Virus record (IMG/VR): IMGVR_UViG_3300017719_000005
Length of the DNA stretch: 20,000 bases
Direction: 5' to 3' (one strand)
Source of the DNA: an uncultured virus (IMG/VR IMGVR_UViG_3300017719_000005)
Lineage: Duplodnaviria; Heunggongvirae; Uroviricota; Caudoviricetes; Kyanoviridae
Numbering within the stretch: the first letter of the stretch is position 1; each line of letters opens with the position of its first letter. The position numbers and the translations under genes were made by a program. The notes beneath the pieces are model-generated. The model did not search any database and had not been told where the DNA came from. It saw only the letters and a program-made list of their open reading frames with translations. This document shows, piece by piece, positions 7,530 through 16,026 of this stretch.

Positions 7530-9643
7530 GCAATTTGGTTGATAAAGGACGCGAGGATCTTCTTGTTGTTGGACTTTGCCTTGAGAGTTTTCTTGAAGGC
7601 ACGAGTAATCTGTGCTTTGGATGCAGACTCCTCTACATCAAACTCTACCTCCTCATTCAACTTGTTACTTTGGATTAGAAACAATTCTTGATAACCCATG
7701 ATTGGAGCAGAGGTTGACTTGTGCTTCTTGAATACATCAGCAGCGGTCTTCCTCTGTGGTTGAGTGAGAGTATTAAAGTTTTGGATGATGTAATTGATGT
7801 CACGGGTGCTACCAAGACGGAAACCAGTGAAGTTACACTGTGGGAAACGACCCTTCATGTAACGTAGGAGAGTTTCAGTCATGTAGTTACCCCACCTTGG
7901 TGTGTTGTAGGTGCGACCCGTCTTGCGACAACGAATAGCGGACTGTGCAGGCATTGCAGAGCGATGGATCTTATCGTCATATGTAGACTTGACCCAGCAT
8001 CCAGACCAGTTGCTCTCGCCATCAGACAGGATACTAACGTGGCACTTCTCAACACCATGCTTAGCAGTAAATGCAGGAATCAGAGTCTGTAGGCATATAA
8101 TTGCCTCATTCAGAGGGGTGCCACCAAGCATAAGGTGAGGAGGGATGCAGTCAGGGACAGGACGATTCGCGAATGGATTGCGGTTACCATAGCGTTGCTC
8201 ATACATCTGAGTCACACGGTAAATATCCCTAGCATAACGGTCAAAAGTGCTGTTATTAAGGGTGCTGTTGAGCAATTCTACAAGGTGGAAGTGCTTAGCA
8301 ACATACAGGTCATTCTCATTACCAACAGTCTCTTCATAGTCACGGAACTGAGCGTAGGATGCGTCATTTACGAAGGCATACACACTGAATGGGATGCCAG
8401 ACTTGCGACAGAAGAAACACAATGACAACAGTTGCCTGTATGTGTCATGGATAACCTCTGCCATGGATCCAGACCAGTCAAGAAGGAAGATCAGACCGTG
8501 ATTCTTGCCATCAGGACGGATTGTGACCTTCTTAAAGAGATCTTCGTTGTAAAGATACTGATGAAGTTTAGCAGTGTCAAGTACACCAGTCTTAGAGATA
8601 GACTCGCGAGCATGTGCTGCTGCAGACTTCTTCATCTCAAACTCTTTCTGAAGATATGACACCTCACGGGTGCAATCTCTCTTGAAAGTCTGGTAGTTTT
8701 GATCTGAAACACTCCAGTCAAGACTTGTGGATGGAGTGAGTGGGTGTGTCCACTCAGACCAGTATGCCTGTGCCGCGTCATTGACCAGTTTAGGGTCAAT
8801 AATGACGTGATTTAGGTCAACATTAGGGATCTCAAGATACCTAGTCTCACTGTTACTGTTCTCAGTTGCAATGTCCTGCAGTGCTTCTTCAAGAGACTCA
8901 TCAGTCATTGCACCTTCACCACCATCACGGTTGAATGAGGGTGTGTCAAGGTCTGCATCTTCCTGACCTTCATTATCACCGTCTTGCTCATCACCATCAT
9001 CACCTCCAGAAGAAGGTCTCTCATCTTGTGCTTCCTGCTGGTCGCTACCACCACCAGAATTGTTGTCTACATCACTAATATCATCAATTTTTTGCTGATC
9101 TGCTTCTGCTTTTTCAAACTCTTTGATAGCGACAGCAGCATCGATAGCGTCTTGGAAAGACTCTGCCTCACCTACTGCATCGCGAAGAGGAATCTCTTCA
9201 GCAGAGAAGGGCATAAAGGCATTTGCACCCAATTTATAGTAAAGATTGATACGGTCAATCAGTTTGAGTGAGTTGGTGTTGATCTCCTTGACGCTGAAGA
9301 AATCATCCTCATGAAGTTGCTTGTATCCACCGTAGAAATCCTTGGAAATACCTGCAAATTTACGTTTCATCAACTTCTCAATGCGAGCATCCTCGGTCAC
9401 ATTGACATAAGACTTGGGGCAAGGAAGTCTCTCTAGAAGGTCACTGTCTGGGGTGAAGAGAGCGTGTCCTACTTCATGCGCTACCAGCAGGTTGAAGACA
9501 ATTTCCTTAGCATTCCAGATAGGGAGGGTCAGGACACGAAGATGCACGTCAAAGGATGCTGTGCTGACTGCCTTGTGCTCTACAACGAGGTTTTCAGCGG
9601 CGAGTAATTTGGCAAGGGTGCCTTTGACTTCTTGTACGGTCAT
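7526..9643 (-). CDS. CobT-like protein: N-terminal HExxH peptidase-like domain, acidic linker, C-terminal vWA domain
   Basis: HEVGHALFT followed by NVTEDARIE; acidic Gly/Asp/Glu linker; MIDAS-type LLDWSGSM, GGTPLNEA, ILSDGES. Start set at MTVQEV (9643) because the 9679 start lies within the promoter. Confidence 0.85.
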   Translation of the reverse strand: MTVQEVKGTLAKLLAAENLVVEHKAVSTASFDVHLRVLTLPIWNAKEIVFNLLVAHEVGHALFTPDSDLLERLPCPKSYVNVTEDARIEKLMKRKFAGISKDFYGGYKQLHEDDFFSVKEINTNSLKLIDRINLYYKLGANAFMPFSAEEIPLRDAVGEAESFQDAIDAAVAIKEFEKAEADQQKIDDISDVDNNSGGGSDQQEAQDERPSSGGDDGDEQDGDNEGQEDADLDTPSFNRDGGEGAMTDESLEEALQDIATENSNSETRYLEIPNVDLNHVIIDPKLVNDAAQAYWSEWTHPLTPSTSLDWSVSDQNYQTFKRDCTREVSYLQKEFEMKKSAAAHARESISKTGVLDTAKLHQYLYNEDLFKKVTIRPDGKNHGLIFLLDWSGSMAEVIHDTYRQLLSLCFFCRKSGIPFSVYAFVNDASYAQFRDYEETVGNENDLYVAKHFHLVELLNSTLNNSTFDRYARDIYRVTQMYEQRYGNRNPFANRPVPDCIPPHLMLGGTPLNEAIICLQTLIPAFTAKHGVEKCHVSILSDGESNWSGCWVKSTYDDKIHRSAMPAQSAIRCRKTGRTYNTPRWGNYMTETLLRYMKGRFPQCNFTGFRLGSTRDINYIIQNFNTLTQPQRKTAADVFKKHKSTSAPIMGYQELFLIQSNKLNEEVEFDVEESASKAQITRAFKKTLKAKSNNKKILASFINQIA

Positions 9644-9646
9644 GCT

Positions 9647-9721
9647 TTCTTTGTGTATGCATCTATTATACACAGCCACACAGTCCCCGAAAGGGGGAAG
9701 GTGCCACTTTATAGACTGTCC
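9647..9721 (-). promoter_or_regulatory. Promoter module copy 2 (quasi-palindrome, hairpin, extended -10) upstream of the cobT-like gene
   Basis: Minus strand GGACAGTCTATAAAGTGGCA (9721-9702), hairpin CCCC-TTTC-GGGG (9696-9685), CTGTGTATAAT (9675-9665), then TGCATACACAAAGAA before the ATG. Confidence 0.7.
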
Positions 9722-11424
9722 TGCTTCATGGTCGAGAAATCACCCACCTTGTCAAAGGTGACCACACTATCAAACTTGTCCAAGAGGATGTCACCCTTGT
9801 GACTGATCACAAATAGGTTGGTCCTGTCGTCCATACCCCTTAGAATCTTCATCAATTCGTCTGTAGCAGCAGTATCAAGAGAAGAATCGAATACCTCGTC
9901 AAGGATGAGGAGATTGGTTGATGCAGAGTTTTTCATCTTGGCAATGTCACGCCAGCAGAACAGCAAAGACAGGTCAATTTTCTGCTTTTCACCCTCTGAA
10001 AACGATGCATAAGAGAACTCATCACGGCAACGAGACTTGATGACCTCATTGAATTCTTCGTCCAGTGTGAATCCAATAAAGAAGTCCATGAGTTGGAGAT
10101 ATTTATTGATTTGATTGTTAAAAATAGGCACAAACTTACTGATTACCTTACTTTTAATACCACTGTCCCTGAGCAGAGAGGATACAATTTTTAGGTTGTC
10201 AAACTCTTTACTGACACCAGCACAACGCTCTATATTTTCAGAGTATTCTGCCTCATATTCGTCTAATCTTACCCTCTCACCATCAATATCTGGGGTCTCT
10301 TTGTTTACCTCGGCCATGATGCTTTCATTCTCTCTAAGCAGTCGTGATACCTGCTTATCAATATTGATATTATCACTCTGCAATTCAATAATTGACTGCC
10401 CATAACCCTTCATGTCACGCAGTTTGTCATAGATGAGACTGACTTGCTCATCGATCTTTGTGTAACCTTCAGTATACTTGACACGACGTGACTCAGCGTC
10501 CACAAGTTGACGATGTTTGTGCTCTTCTTCTAGGTCTTGACTACATGTTGGACACTTATCATGCTTGGTATAGAACTTATGATCTTTATCTGCCTTGTTT
10601 TTATTCTGCTCGATCTTAGATCGCATGTCACGGAGACTATCATACTTCTCCTGCCATGAAGATTGGTCTGTAATACTCTCAGCAAGCGCACCCATCGAGT
10701 GATTGTTTTCTTCCTGACGCTTATTCAACCATACGATACTATCTTCGTTGTTATTAAACTTTGTGTGCAAACTTTTAATAACGCCATCCTGTAACTCAGT
10801 GAGTTTATGGATAGATGCACGTTGGTGATTCAATTTTGTCTCACAAATCTCCAGCGTGTGCTTACATGATGTGAAATTCTCCTTATTATCCTTGACTCTA
10901 TCCTTCAGGATAGTATTCATCTTAGAAAAGATTTTGATGTCCAGCAGGTCTTCTACCACCTCTCTCCTATGTGTGGCAGGAAGTTGCATGAAAGGCACAA
11001 ATGTGCTGCTACCTAGGATAACAACCTGTGTAAATGACTTATAGTTAAACTTAAGGATACTCTGCTCAAGATACTTCTGGTAGTCCTTCTGAGCAGCATC
11101 TTGATCAAGCAGTTGTCCGTTTCTAAGGACCTTAAAGATGCCTGGTTTGATGCCCCTGATGACATGGTAATTTACTTTACCAATAGAGAACTCAACCTCT
11201 ACACAGCACTCCTTCTCATTGACGCTGTTGACCAGTTGAGACTTATTAATTTTACGAAAAGGTTTATTAAATAGCACAAAGCACAGGGCATCCAGCATAG
11301 TGGATTTACCTGCACCGTTAGACCCAATGACAAGTTGCGACTTAGATTCGTTAAGTGTCATTTCCGTAAAGGTATTACCTGTACTGAGGAAATTCTTCCA
11401 ACGAATCTTTTCAAATACAATCAT
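9709..11424 (-). CDS. gp46: Recombination endonuclease subunit gp46 (Rad50/SbcC-like)
   Basis: WKNFLSTGN, Walker A GSNGAGKST, coiled coil with zinc hook CPTC, signature FSEGEKQ, Walker B LLILDEVFD, FVISHK. Confidence 0.97.
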   Translation of the reverse strand: MIVFEKIRWKNFLSTGNTFTEMTLNESKSQLVIGSNGAGKSTMLDALCFVLFNKPFRKINKSQLVNSVNEKECCVEVEFSIGKVNYHVIRGIKPGIFKVLRNGQLLDQDAAQKDYQKYLEQSILKFNYKSFTQVVILGSSTFVPFMQLPATHRREVVEDLLDIKIFSKMNTILKDRVKDNKENFTSCKHTLEICETKLNHQRASIHKLTELQDGVIKSLHTKFNNNEDSIVWLNKRQEENNHSMGALAESITDQSSWQEKYDSLRDMRSKIEQNKNKADKDHKFYTKHDKCPTCSQDLEEEHKHRQLVDAESRRVKYTEGYTKIDEQVSLIYDKLRDMKGYGQSIIELQSDNINIDKQVSRLLRENESIMAEVNKETPDIDGERVRLDEYEAEYSENIERCAGVSKEFDNLKIVSSLLRDSGIKSKVISKFVPIFNNQINKYLQLMDFFIGFTLDEEFNEVIKSRCRDEFSYASFSEGEKQKIDLSLLFCWRDIAKMKNSASTNLLILDEVFDSSLDTAATDELMKILRGMDDRTNLFVISHKGDILLDKFDSVVTFDKVGDFSTMKQDSL

Positions 11425-11681
11425 TCTTGTGGGGGCGGGATAACAAATTCATCAGCATCAATAATGGTAAAACGATACCCGTATTGATGACAGTTTTCTT
11501 TGACAGTATCTTCGTCTACCTCCGTGACCGAGAGGTCACGAGGGTATTCGTCTGCCTTCAGTAGCATATAATAGCGTTCGGCGTCGTCCTTGTCAACAAA
11601 CAACTGGACAACGCGGTCTACTGCCACATCATCTCTGACAGCATAGACTCCACCTGATTTATTGTCAGTCAGGACAAACAT
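11421..11681 (-). CDS. Hypothetical protein (DUF3110-like)
   Basis: GVYAV...VQLFVDKDDAERY..LL.A...VIPP pattern; coupled between gp47 (TAATG) and gp46 (ATGA). Confidence 0.7.
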   Translation of the reverse strand: MFVLTDNKSGGVYAVRDDVAVDRVVQLFVDKDDAERYYMLLKADEYPRDLSVTEVDEDTVKENCHQYGYRFTIIDADEFVIPPPQE

Positions 11682-12706
11682 TAGACCTCCAACGCTTCCA
11701 CATATAGGGATTTTAAGATGCCAAAAATCTCATCGTGATTTTTATACTCTGAGACACATGATTCCAGGATAGAAAGAGTGTCTTCAACCTCAATCTCTTC
11801 ATCAATTTCACCCAACTCTTGAGACATGTCTTCGACAATCTTCAAGTCTGCCAGGTCAACCTGCTGAAGCTTCCTTATGCACCGATCAAACTTAACTTGA
11901 TCTTTCTCTTCTCCTACAACCAGTTTAACGTATGTCCCTTCCAACTGTGGGAAGGTAGAGACATCAATATCATCGGTGTAGTAGACCTTACTAAAAGTAT
12001 TATAGGGATTTGCAACGAATTCCATTGACAAATCATCTGTATTTAGGACGTGGAATCCACGTTTATACCCATAATCATTCCAATACAGTTGATAAGGGTT
12101 ACCCAGATACTGGATAGGACCTTGCTTACTCTTCATGTGATAGTGACCAGAGCATGTCAGGTCAAACTTCTCAAAGGGAGAGCGATCAATACCATGGTCC
12201 ATCTTGAGACCAGGGATAACTTCAAACCCATTCAACTCAAGGTGTCCTAAGCATACAGATGCTTTAGATGCCTTGACCTTTTTCATGATATGGTCCTGGT
12301 TTTCAGGACAAATCCATGGTAGGAGGAGGAAACTTCTACTGCCAAACTTCTTAGCAGTAGGTTCTGTAATGATCTCGATGTTGTTGTAGTCACCTAGCAG
12401 CAGATCAGGTGCATTTACCTTGAGAGTATTCTTGTAATAGATGTCATGATTACCGATGAGCATAGACATACGGATGCCTCGCTCAGCAAGTGGATCAAAC
12501 CACATCTCTCGTGCTGCTTCTAATGAATTAAAATTCACATACTTTCGACGATCAAAGGTATCACCTAAGCATAAGACCTGAGTGATACCTTCTCTGTCGA
12601 TGTAAGGGAGGACTACATCGTGGTAAAATTTTCTATAAAGTTTTTGAAAGAATTGATTGTCATTTCTGACACCAAAGTGCTGATCAGTTATCAGTAGGAT
12701 TTTCAT
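11681..12706 (-). CDS. gp47: Recombination endonuclease subunit gp47 (Mre11/SbcD-like)
   Basis: Metallophosphoesterase motifs TDQHFG, LGDTFD, GNHD, GHLE, SGHYH. Start set at MKILLITD (12706); alternative 12718. Confidence 0.96.
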   Translation of the reverse strand: MKILLITDQHFGVRNDNQFFQKLYRKFYHDVVLPYIDREGITQVLCLGDTFDRRKYVNFNSLEAAREMWFDPLAERGIRMSMLIGNHDIYYKNTLKVNAPDLLLGDYNNIEIITEPTAKKFGSRSFLLLPWICPENQDHIMKKVKASKASVCLGHLELNGFEVIPGLKMDHGIDRSPFEKFDLTCSGHYHMKSKQGPIQYLGNPYQLYWNDYGYKRGFHVLNTDDLSMEFVANPYNTFSKVYYTDDIDVSTFPQLEGTYVKLVVGEEKDQVKFDRCIRKLQQVDLADLKIVEDMSQELGEIDEEIEVEDTLSILESCVSEYKNHDEIFGILKSLYVEALEV

Positions 12707-12830
12707 TCCTTTTACCATTTTCTAGATCACGAAGTCGTTTGCGGTAGTAACCGCGCTCATTCTCATCACGGCAGGGATTGTCCCTCTGTTGGGCATCGTG
12801 AAGTTCGTCAAGTCCGTCTTTCTGTGTCAT
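12684..12830 (-). CDS. Small hypothetical protein, 48 aa (not in ORF track)
   Basis: Manual translation MTQKDGLDELHDAQQRDNPCRDENERGYYRKRLRDLENGKRNENPTDN*; ATG overlaps the upstream TAA (TAATG) and the ORF fills the gap before gp47. Confidence 0.6.
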   Translation of the reverse strand: MTQKDGLDELHDAQQRDNPCRDENERGYYRKRLRDLENGKRNENPTDN

Positions 12831-13111
12831 TAGAGTTTTACTCCAGCGGTTGCGTTTACTACTCGTGTGTATAGATGGAGAGTGTCATCTTGCAGACACT
12901 TCAGATGCCATCTTGTTGTCTGAAGGATACCTTCTTTGGTAGCACCAGTGAGAAAGTTTGCCCCTAGAGGATTCTTTAGCACACTGGTGTAGAGACCGTA
13001 TCTGGTTTCCTTAATATAGAATGCATCATCAATCCATTCTACATCATCAGGGATGTTTTTCTCAATCGTGGGATTATCTCCCAACGATGAAGCAAGGGTG
13101 GACTTTGGCAT
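12830..13111 (-). CDS. Hypothetical protein, 93 aa
   Basis: Starts 4 nt after the gp55 stop; WIDDAFYIKETRYGLYTS resembles cyanophage hypotheticals. Confidence 0.7.
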   Translation of the reverse strand: MPKSTLASSLGDNPTIEKNIPDDVEWIDDAFYIKETRYGLYTSVLKNPLGANFLTGATKEGILQTTRWHLKCLQDDTLHLYTRVVNATAGVKL

Positions 13112-13115
13112 GGAG

Positions 13116-13592
13116 TTAGTTACGCATGTTGGTTTCGATGCGACTCTTGATGGAATTCATGTCAGCGTGGTTGTCGTTGTCATCTGAGTGGAAGACCTGA
13201 TCGTAACCGTTCTTCTCGATCAGTTTATCACGGATATCCATCTGACGCTTTTCCTTAGCAATTCGTCGCAAAAACGCATAGTAAACGATTTGCGTGAAAT
13301 ATGCAAATGGATTCTTGCTCTTGGCAGGATCGAAGTTATCGATATACTGGACGCAATTCTCTACACCATCGGAGATCATGTCCTCCTTATACATGTAGTT
13401 AATAAAATTAGGTCTGTATGACAGGTGGGTAGCAATCTTCAAGAAGCAATCACCTAGGTAATGAGTAATCCTAGGCTTCTCTTTATCTTGTATCTTGGCA
13501 ATCTCAACTGCTTCTCGGTACTTAACGATCTCCACAAGAAACTTTTTGTTATCAACGTAGTGTTGTTTTTTCTTAGGAGGCATTAAAGTCAT
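13116..13592 (-). CDS. gp55: Late transcription sigma factor gp55
   Basis: HYVDNKKFL, YLGDCFLKIATHLSYRPNFINYMYKEDMISDGVENC, FDPAKSKNPFAYFTQIVYYAFLRRIAKEKRQ. Confidence 0.97.
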   Translation of the reverse strand: MTLMPPKKKQHYVDNKKFLVEIVKYREAVEIAKIQDKEKPRITHYLGDCFLKIATHLSYRPNFINYMYKEDMISDGVENCVQYIDNFDPAKSKNPFAYFTQIVYYAFLRRIAKEKRQMDIRDKLIEKNGYDQVFHSDDNDNHADMNSIKSRIETNMRN

Positions 13593-13614
13593 ATTTAATT
13601 TTGCTCACAAATGC

Positions 13615-13643
13615 ATTATAAAGGTTTGTATCCCATAAGTCAA
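13615..13643 (-). promoter_or_regulatory. Sigma70-type promoter for gp55-gp47-gp46
   Basis: Minus strand TTGACT (13643-13638), 17-nt spacer, TATAAT (13620-13615). Confidence 0.8.
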
Positions 13644-13645
13644 GC

Positions 13646-13674
13646 TTGACAACTCTAAGAATAATCATTATACT
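13646..13674 (+). promoter_or_regulatory. Divergent sigma70-type promoter firing antisense into the uvsW operon
   Basis: Plus strand TTGACA (13646-13651), 17-nt spacer, TATACT (13669-13674). Confidence 0.55.
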
Positions 13675-13700
13675 CAACCATGTAAGGGTTGGAAACAATA

Positions 13701-14129
13701 CTACTTAGAGTTCTTCCACTGATCCTCTAGTTTCTTTCTCATCTCTGAGACTTTACCGATGAGACCCATGTTTTCATTCATGGGGACACCAGGATCTTCT
13801 TCTCTATCTAGTTTACCGTCTTTCCTCCACCACATTTTATACATCATGATTGCCTCAGTGGACATAGGGGCAATTGTCACAATATCTGGCTCTTGAATGA
13901 TATAGAAATCTTCATCTGACCAGAGCATCCACTTAGTAAATCCTGCTGCTAGACCCATCTCACCATCAGGTTTCTCTATAGGGGTGAGTGTAGGTGACAG
14001 AGGGTCAGATACATATACCATTGTGCAGTTATCTTCATTCGTGGCGATCATTGTACCTATTACTTCCTCACCAGTTACTAGCTTGATGATTCCGTAGAAT
14101 TCATTGTCGTGACGGATGTAGTTAATCAT
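13701..14129 (-). CDS. Conserved hypothetical protein between uvsW and gp55 (probably Sm-like fold)
   Basis: FYGIIKLVTGEEVIG, FTKWMLWSDEDFYII, MGLIGKVSEMRKKLEDQW; ATGA overlap with uvsW; conserved cyanophage position. Confidence 0.8.
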   Translation of the reverse strand: MINYIRHDNEFYGIIKLVTGEEVIGTMIATNEDNCTMVYVSDPLSPTLTPIEKPDGEMGLAAGFTKWMLWSDEDFYIIQEPDIVTIAPMSTEAIMMYKMWWRKDGKLDREEDPGVPMNENMGLIGKVSEMRKKLEDQWKNSK

Positions 14130-15586
14130 TGTCGTAAATTTACCTTAGTGATTTCATAATCAAATTTCTCTTCCTCATAGATTTTCAATCTTTCAATGAG
14201 GTGACGGAGAGTATAATTGTGTCTATTACCTCGGGAGCAATCATCAGCAATGTCATACAACACTGCCTGTGCTTTGTTATCTCCCTTTCGCAAGACACGT
14301 CCAATGGACTGGAGGTTTCTTACTCGTGATTTGGATGGACTCGCAAAGATTACATTATGTAGGTTGCGAATGTTAATGCCTGTTGAGAATGTTCCGTAGG
14401 ATGCAAGGATGATTGCGTCTTTCTCCTGCTCACATATCTTGCGAGCCTCTTCTCTTTCAACAGCATCTACACCACCATGAATAAAGAAGATCCTTCGATC
14501 TTTGCTCACCTTAGTATTTAGCATCTCCCACAGAGGGTCACCGTGCTTCTCGATGTAGTTGAATAGGATGAGTGTATTGCCACCTATGTCTTCTGCTAGG
14601 TTACAAATTAGGTTATTTCTCTTGGGATGTGATACTATATAATCCATCTCTTGCTGATAGGTATCGAATGGCACATGACCATGCTGCAACAAAAGACATT
14701 TCACTTTCAATGGAGTCAACTGTCCTTTCTTCATTAGATCGACAGTGGTTGTTACCCTATCACAGCGTCCAAATAGACCCTCCAACACCAACTGATGACT
14801 GTACATACCATCTAGGGTCCCTGTCAGCCCGACACGATAGCGAGCATCGTGACACTTATTCAAAATACCTGACAGACTCTTCGCCTTATACAGGTGTGCT
14901 TCATCACCAATGATTACATCAAACCTCTCAAAGAATTTCTTAGGTTCCTTGTAGATACTCTGCCATGTGGAGATGACGACAGGTGCTTCTACATACCTCT
15001 CCTTTCCCCCCATGATTTGATGGACATAGTGATCTGCTTGCCACCCGTAGTCTTTGAAGTCTTGCGTTAATTGTGAGACTAGAGAGACTGTAGGTACAAT
15101 GATTAGGATCTCTCGCTCCGCCTTAAGATGCCAGCGGACTAGACCATAAATGATCAGCGATTTTCCAGATCCTGTAGGCGAGAGTAGTAACTTGCGACGC
15201 TGCTTAATTGCCGTGAAAAGTGCTTTGAGTTGGTAGTCGCGAATCTTAAATGGCAGTCCCAAAGATCTAACAAAAGACGCCACTGATTCTGGTGATACAT
15301 ACTCTTCCTCCTCATTGGGTAGACCAAAGAATTTGCTATCTTGGATAGCATACTCGTATCCTTTCTGGTCGAGATACTCTAAAAGGTAATCGTATAGACC
15401 GACATAGATCTCTCCTGTGCCTGGAGAGTATAATCGGATCTTACCGTCCCATACTTTTTTTCTATACTGTGGCATGAACTTAGCACCTGGCACTTCAAAC
15501 TGGAAGTGCTCGCTTAGTTCTTTATGGATGTGTTGCTCGCCTTCTACTTTGAGAAAAACTTCGTTTTTCTTCACGATAGTAATCAT
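14126..15586 (-). CDS. uvsW: SF2 DNA helicase UvsW
   Basis: RDYQ, SPTGSGKS, DEAH, GLTGT, FSTGINIRNLHNVIFASPSKS, LQSIGRVLR. Confidence 0.97.
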   Translation of the reverse strand: MITIVKKNEVFLKVEGEQHIHKELSEHFQFEVPGAKFMPQYRKKVWDGKIRLYSPGTGEIYVGLYDYLLEYLDQKGYEYAIQDSKFFGLPNEEEEYVSPESVASFVRSLGLPFKIRDYQLKALFTAIKQRRKLLLSPTGSGKSLIIYGLVRWHLKAEREILIIVPTVSLVSQLTQDFKDYGWQADHYVHQIMGGKERYVEAPVVISTWQSIYKEPKKFFERFDVIIGDEAHLYKAKSLSGILNKCHDARYRVGLTGTLDGMYSHQLVLEGLFGRCDRVTTTVDLMKKGQLTPLKVKCLLLQHGHVPFDTYQQEMDYIVSHPKRNNLICNLAEDIGGNTLILFNYIEKHGDPLWEMLNTKVSKDRRIFFIHGGVDAVEREEARKICEQEKDAIILASYGTFSTGINIRNLHNVIFASPSKSRVRNLQSIGRVLRKGDNKAQAVLYDIADDCSRGNRHNYTLRHLIERLKIYEEEKFDYEITKVNLRQ

Positions 15587-16026
15587 CTGATTCCATAATA
15601 CTTCACAATTTCGATAGTATTCTTAATTGCAAATCCACGACTGTCGATCTGTTTAAGTATCCTATCAATACAATTTATACAAGTTTCGAGGTAGTCTATT
15701 TTTTGCTGTGCTCTAGTGAGATCTGGGTCACTATCAATGTACATGTGAAGGTCACCCTTGAGCACTTTGAGTGCAAAAGGTTTTTCTTTATAGACTGTGG
15801 CAGGTGCTTTACCAGAATAGTATTCAAACTTCTCACGCAGTAATACCTTGCGCTTTACTTCTGCTTCTGATAGCATCAGTTTGAATTGATTAATAAATTG
15901 CAAATACTTTGCATGGAGTCTGGGTGTTTCCATACTGTCGTTTGCCAACAGCTCAGGTAACTCCCTGTGATCAAAGAATCTTTCAGAGTCCTTTGCCCAC
16001 ATCTCCTCAATTTTGTCTAGATTCAT
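15583..16026 (-). CDS. uvsY: Recombination mediator UvsY
   Basis: PRLHAKYL, EYYSGKA, YKEKPFALKVLK, YIDSD, RGFAIKNTIE; located between gp3 and uvsW. Confidence 0.9.
   Translation of the reverse strand: MNLDKIEEMWAKDSERFFDHRELPELLANDSMETPRLHAKYLQFINQFKLMLSEAEVKRKVLLREKFEYYSGKAPATVYKEKPFALKVLKGDLHMYIDSDPDLTRAQQKIDYLETCINCIDRILKQIDSRGFAIKNTIEIVKYYGIR

Noticed and set aside
8940..9080. Low-complexity catc/cacc-rich stretch as a repeat array
   Set aside because: It encodes the acidic Gly/Asp/Glu linker of the CobT-like protein and has no fixed-period repeats or spacers.
9644..9679. Upstream start (MAVYNRCIHKES) for the cobT-like gene
   Set aside because: This stretch contains the TATAAT box and leader shared with the cobS promoter, so its 5' part would not be in the transcript from that promoter.
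9684..9698. GC hairpin after gp46 as an intrinsic terminator
   Set aside because: No U-tract follows on the minus strand, and it matches the position of the hairpin in the cobS promoter module, so it is treated as part of that module.
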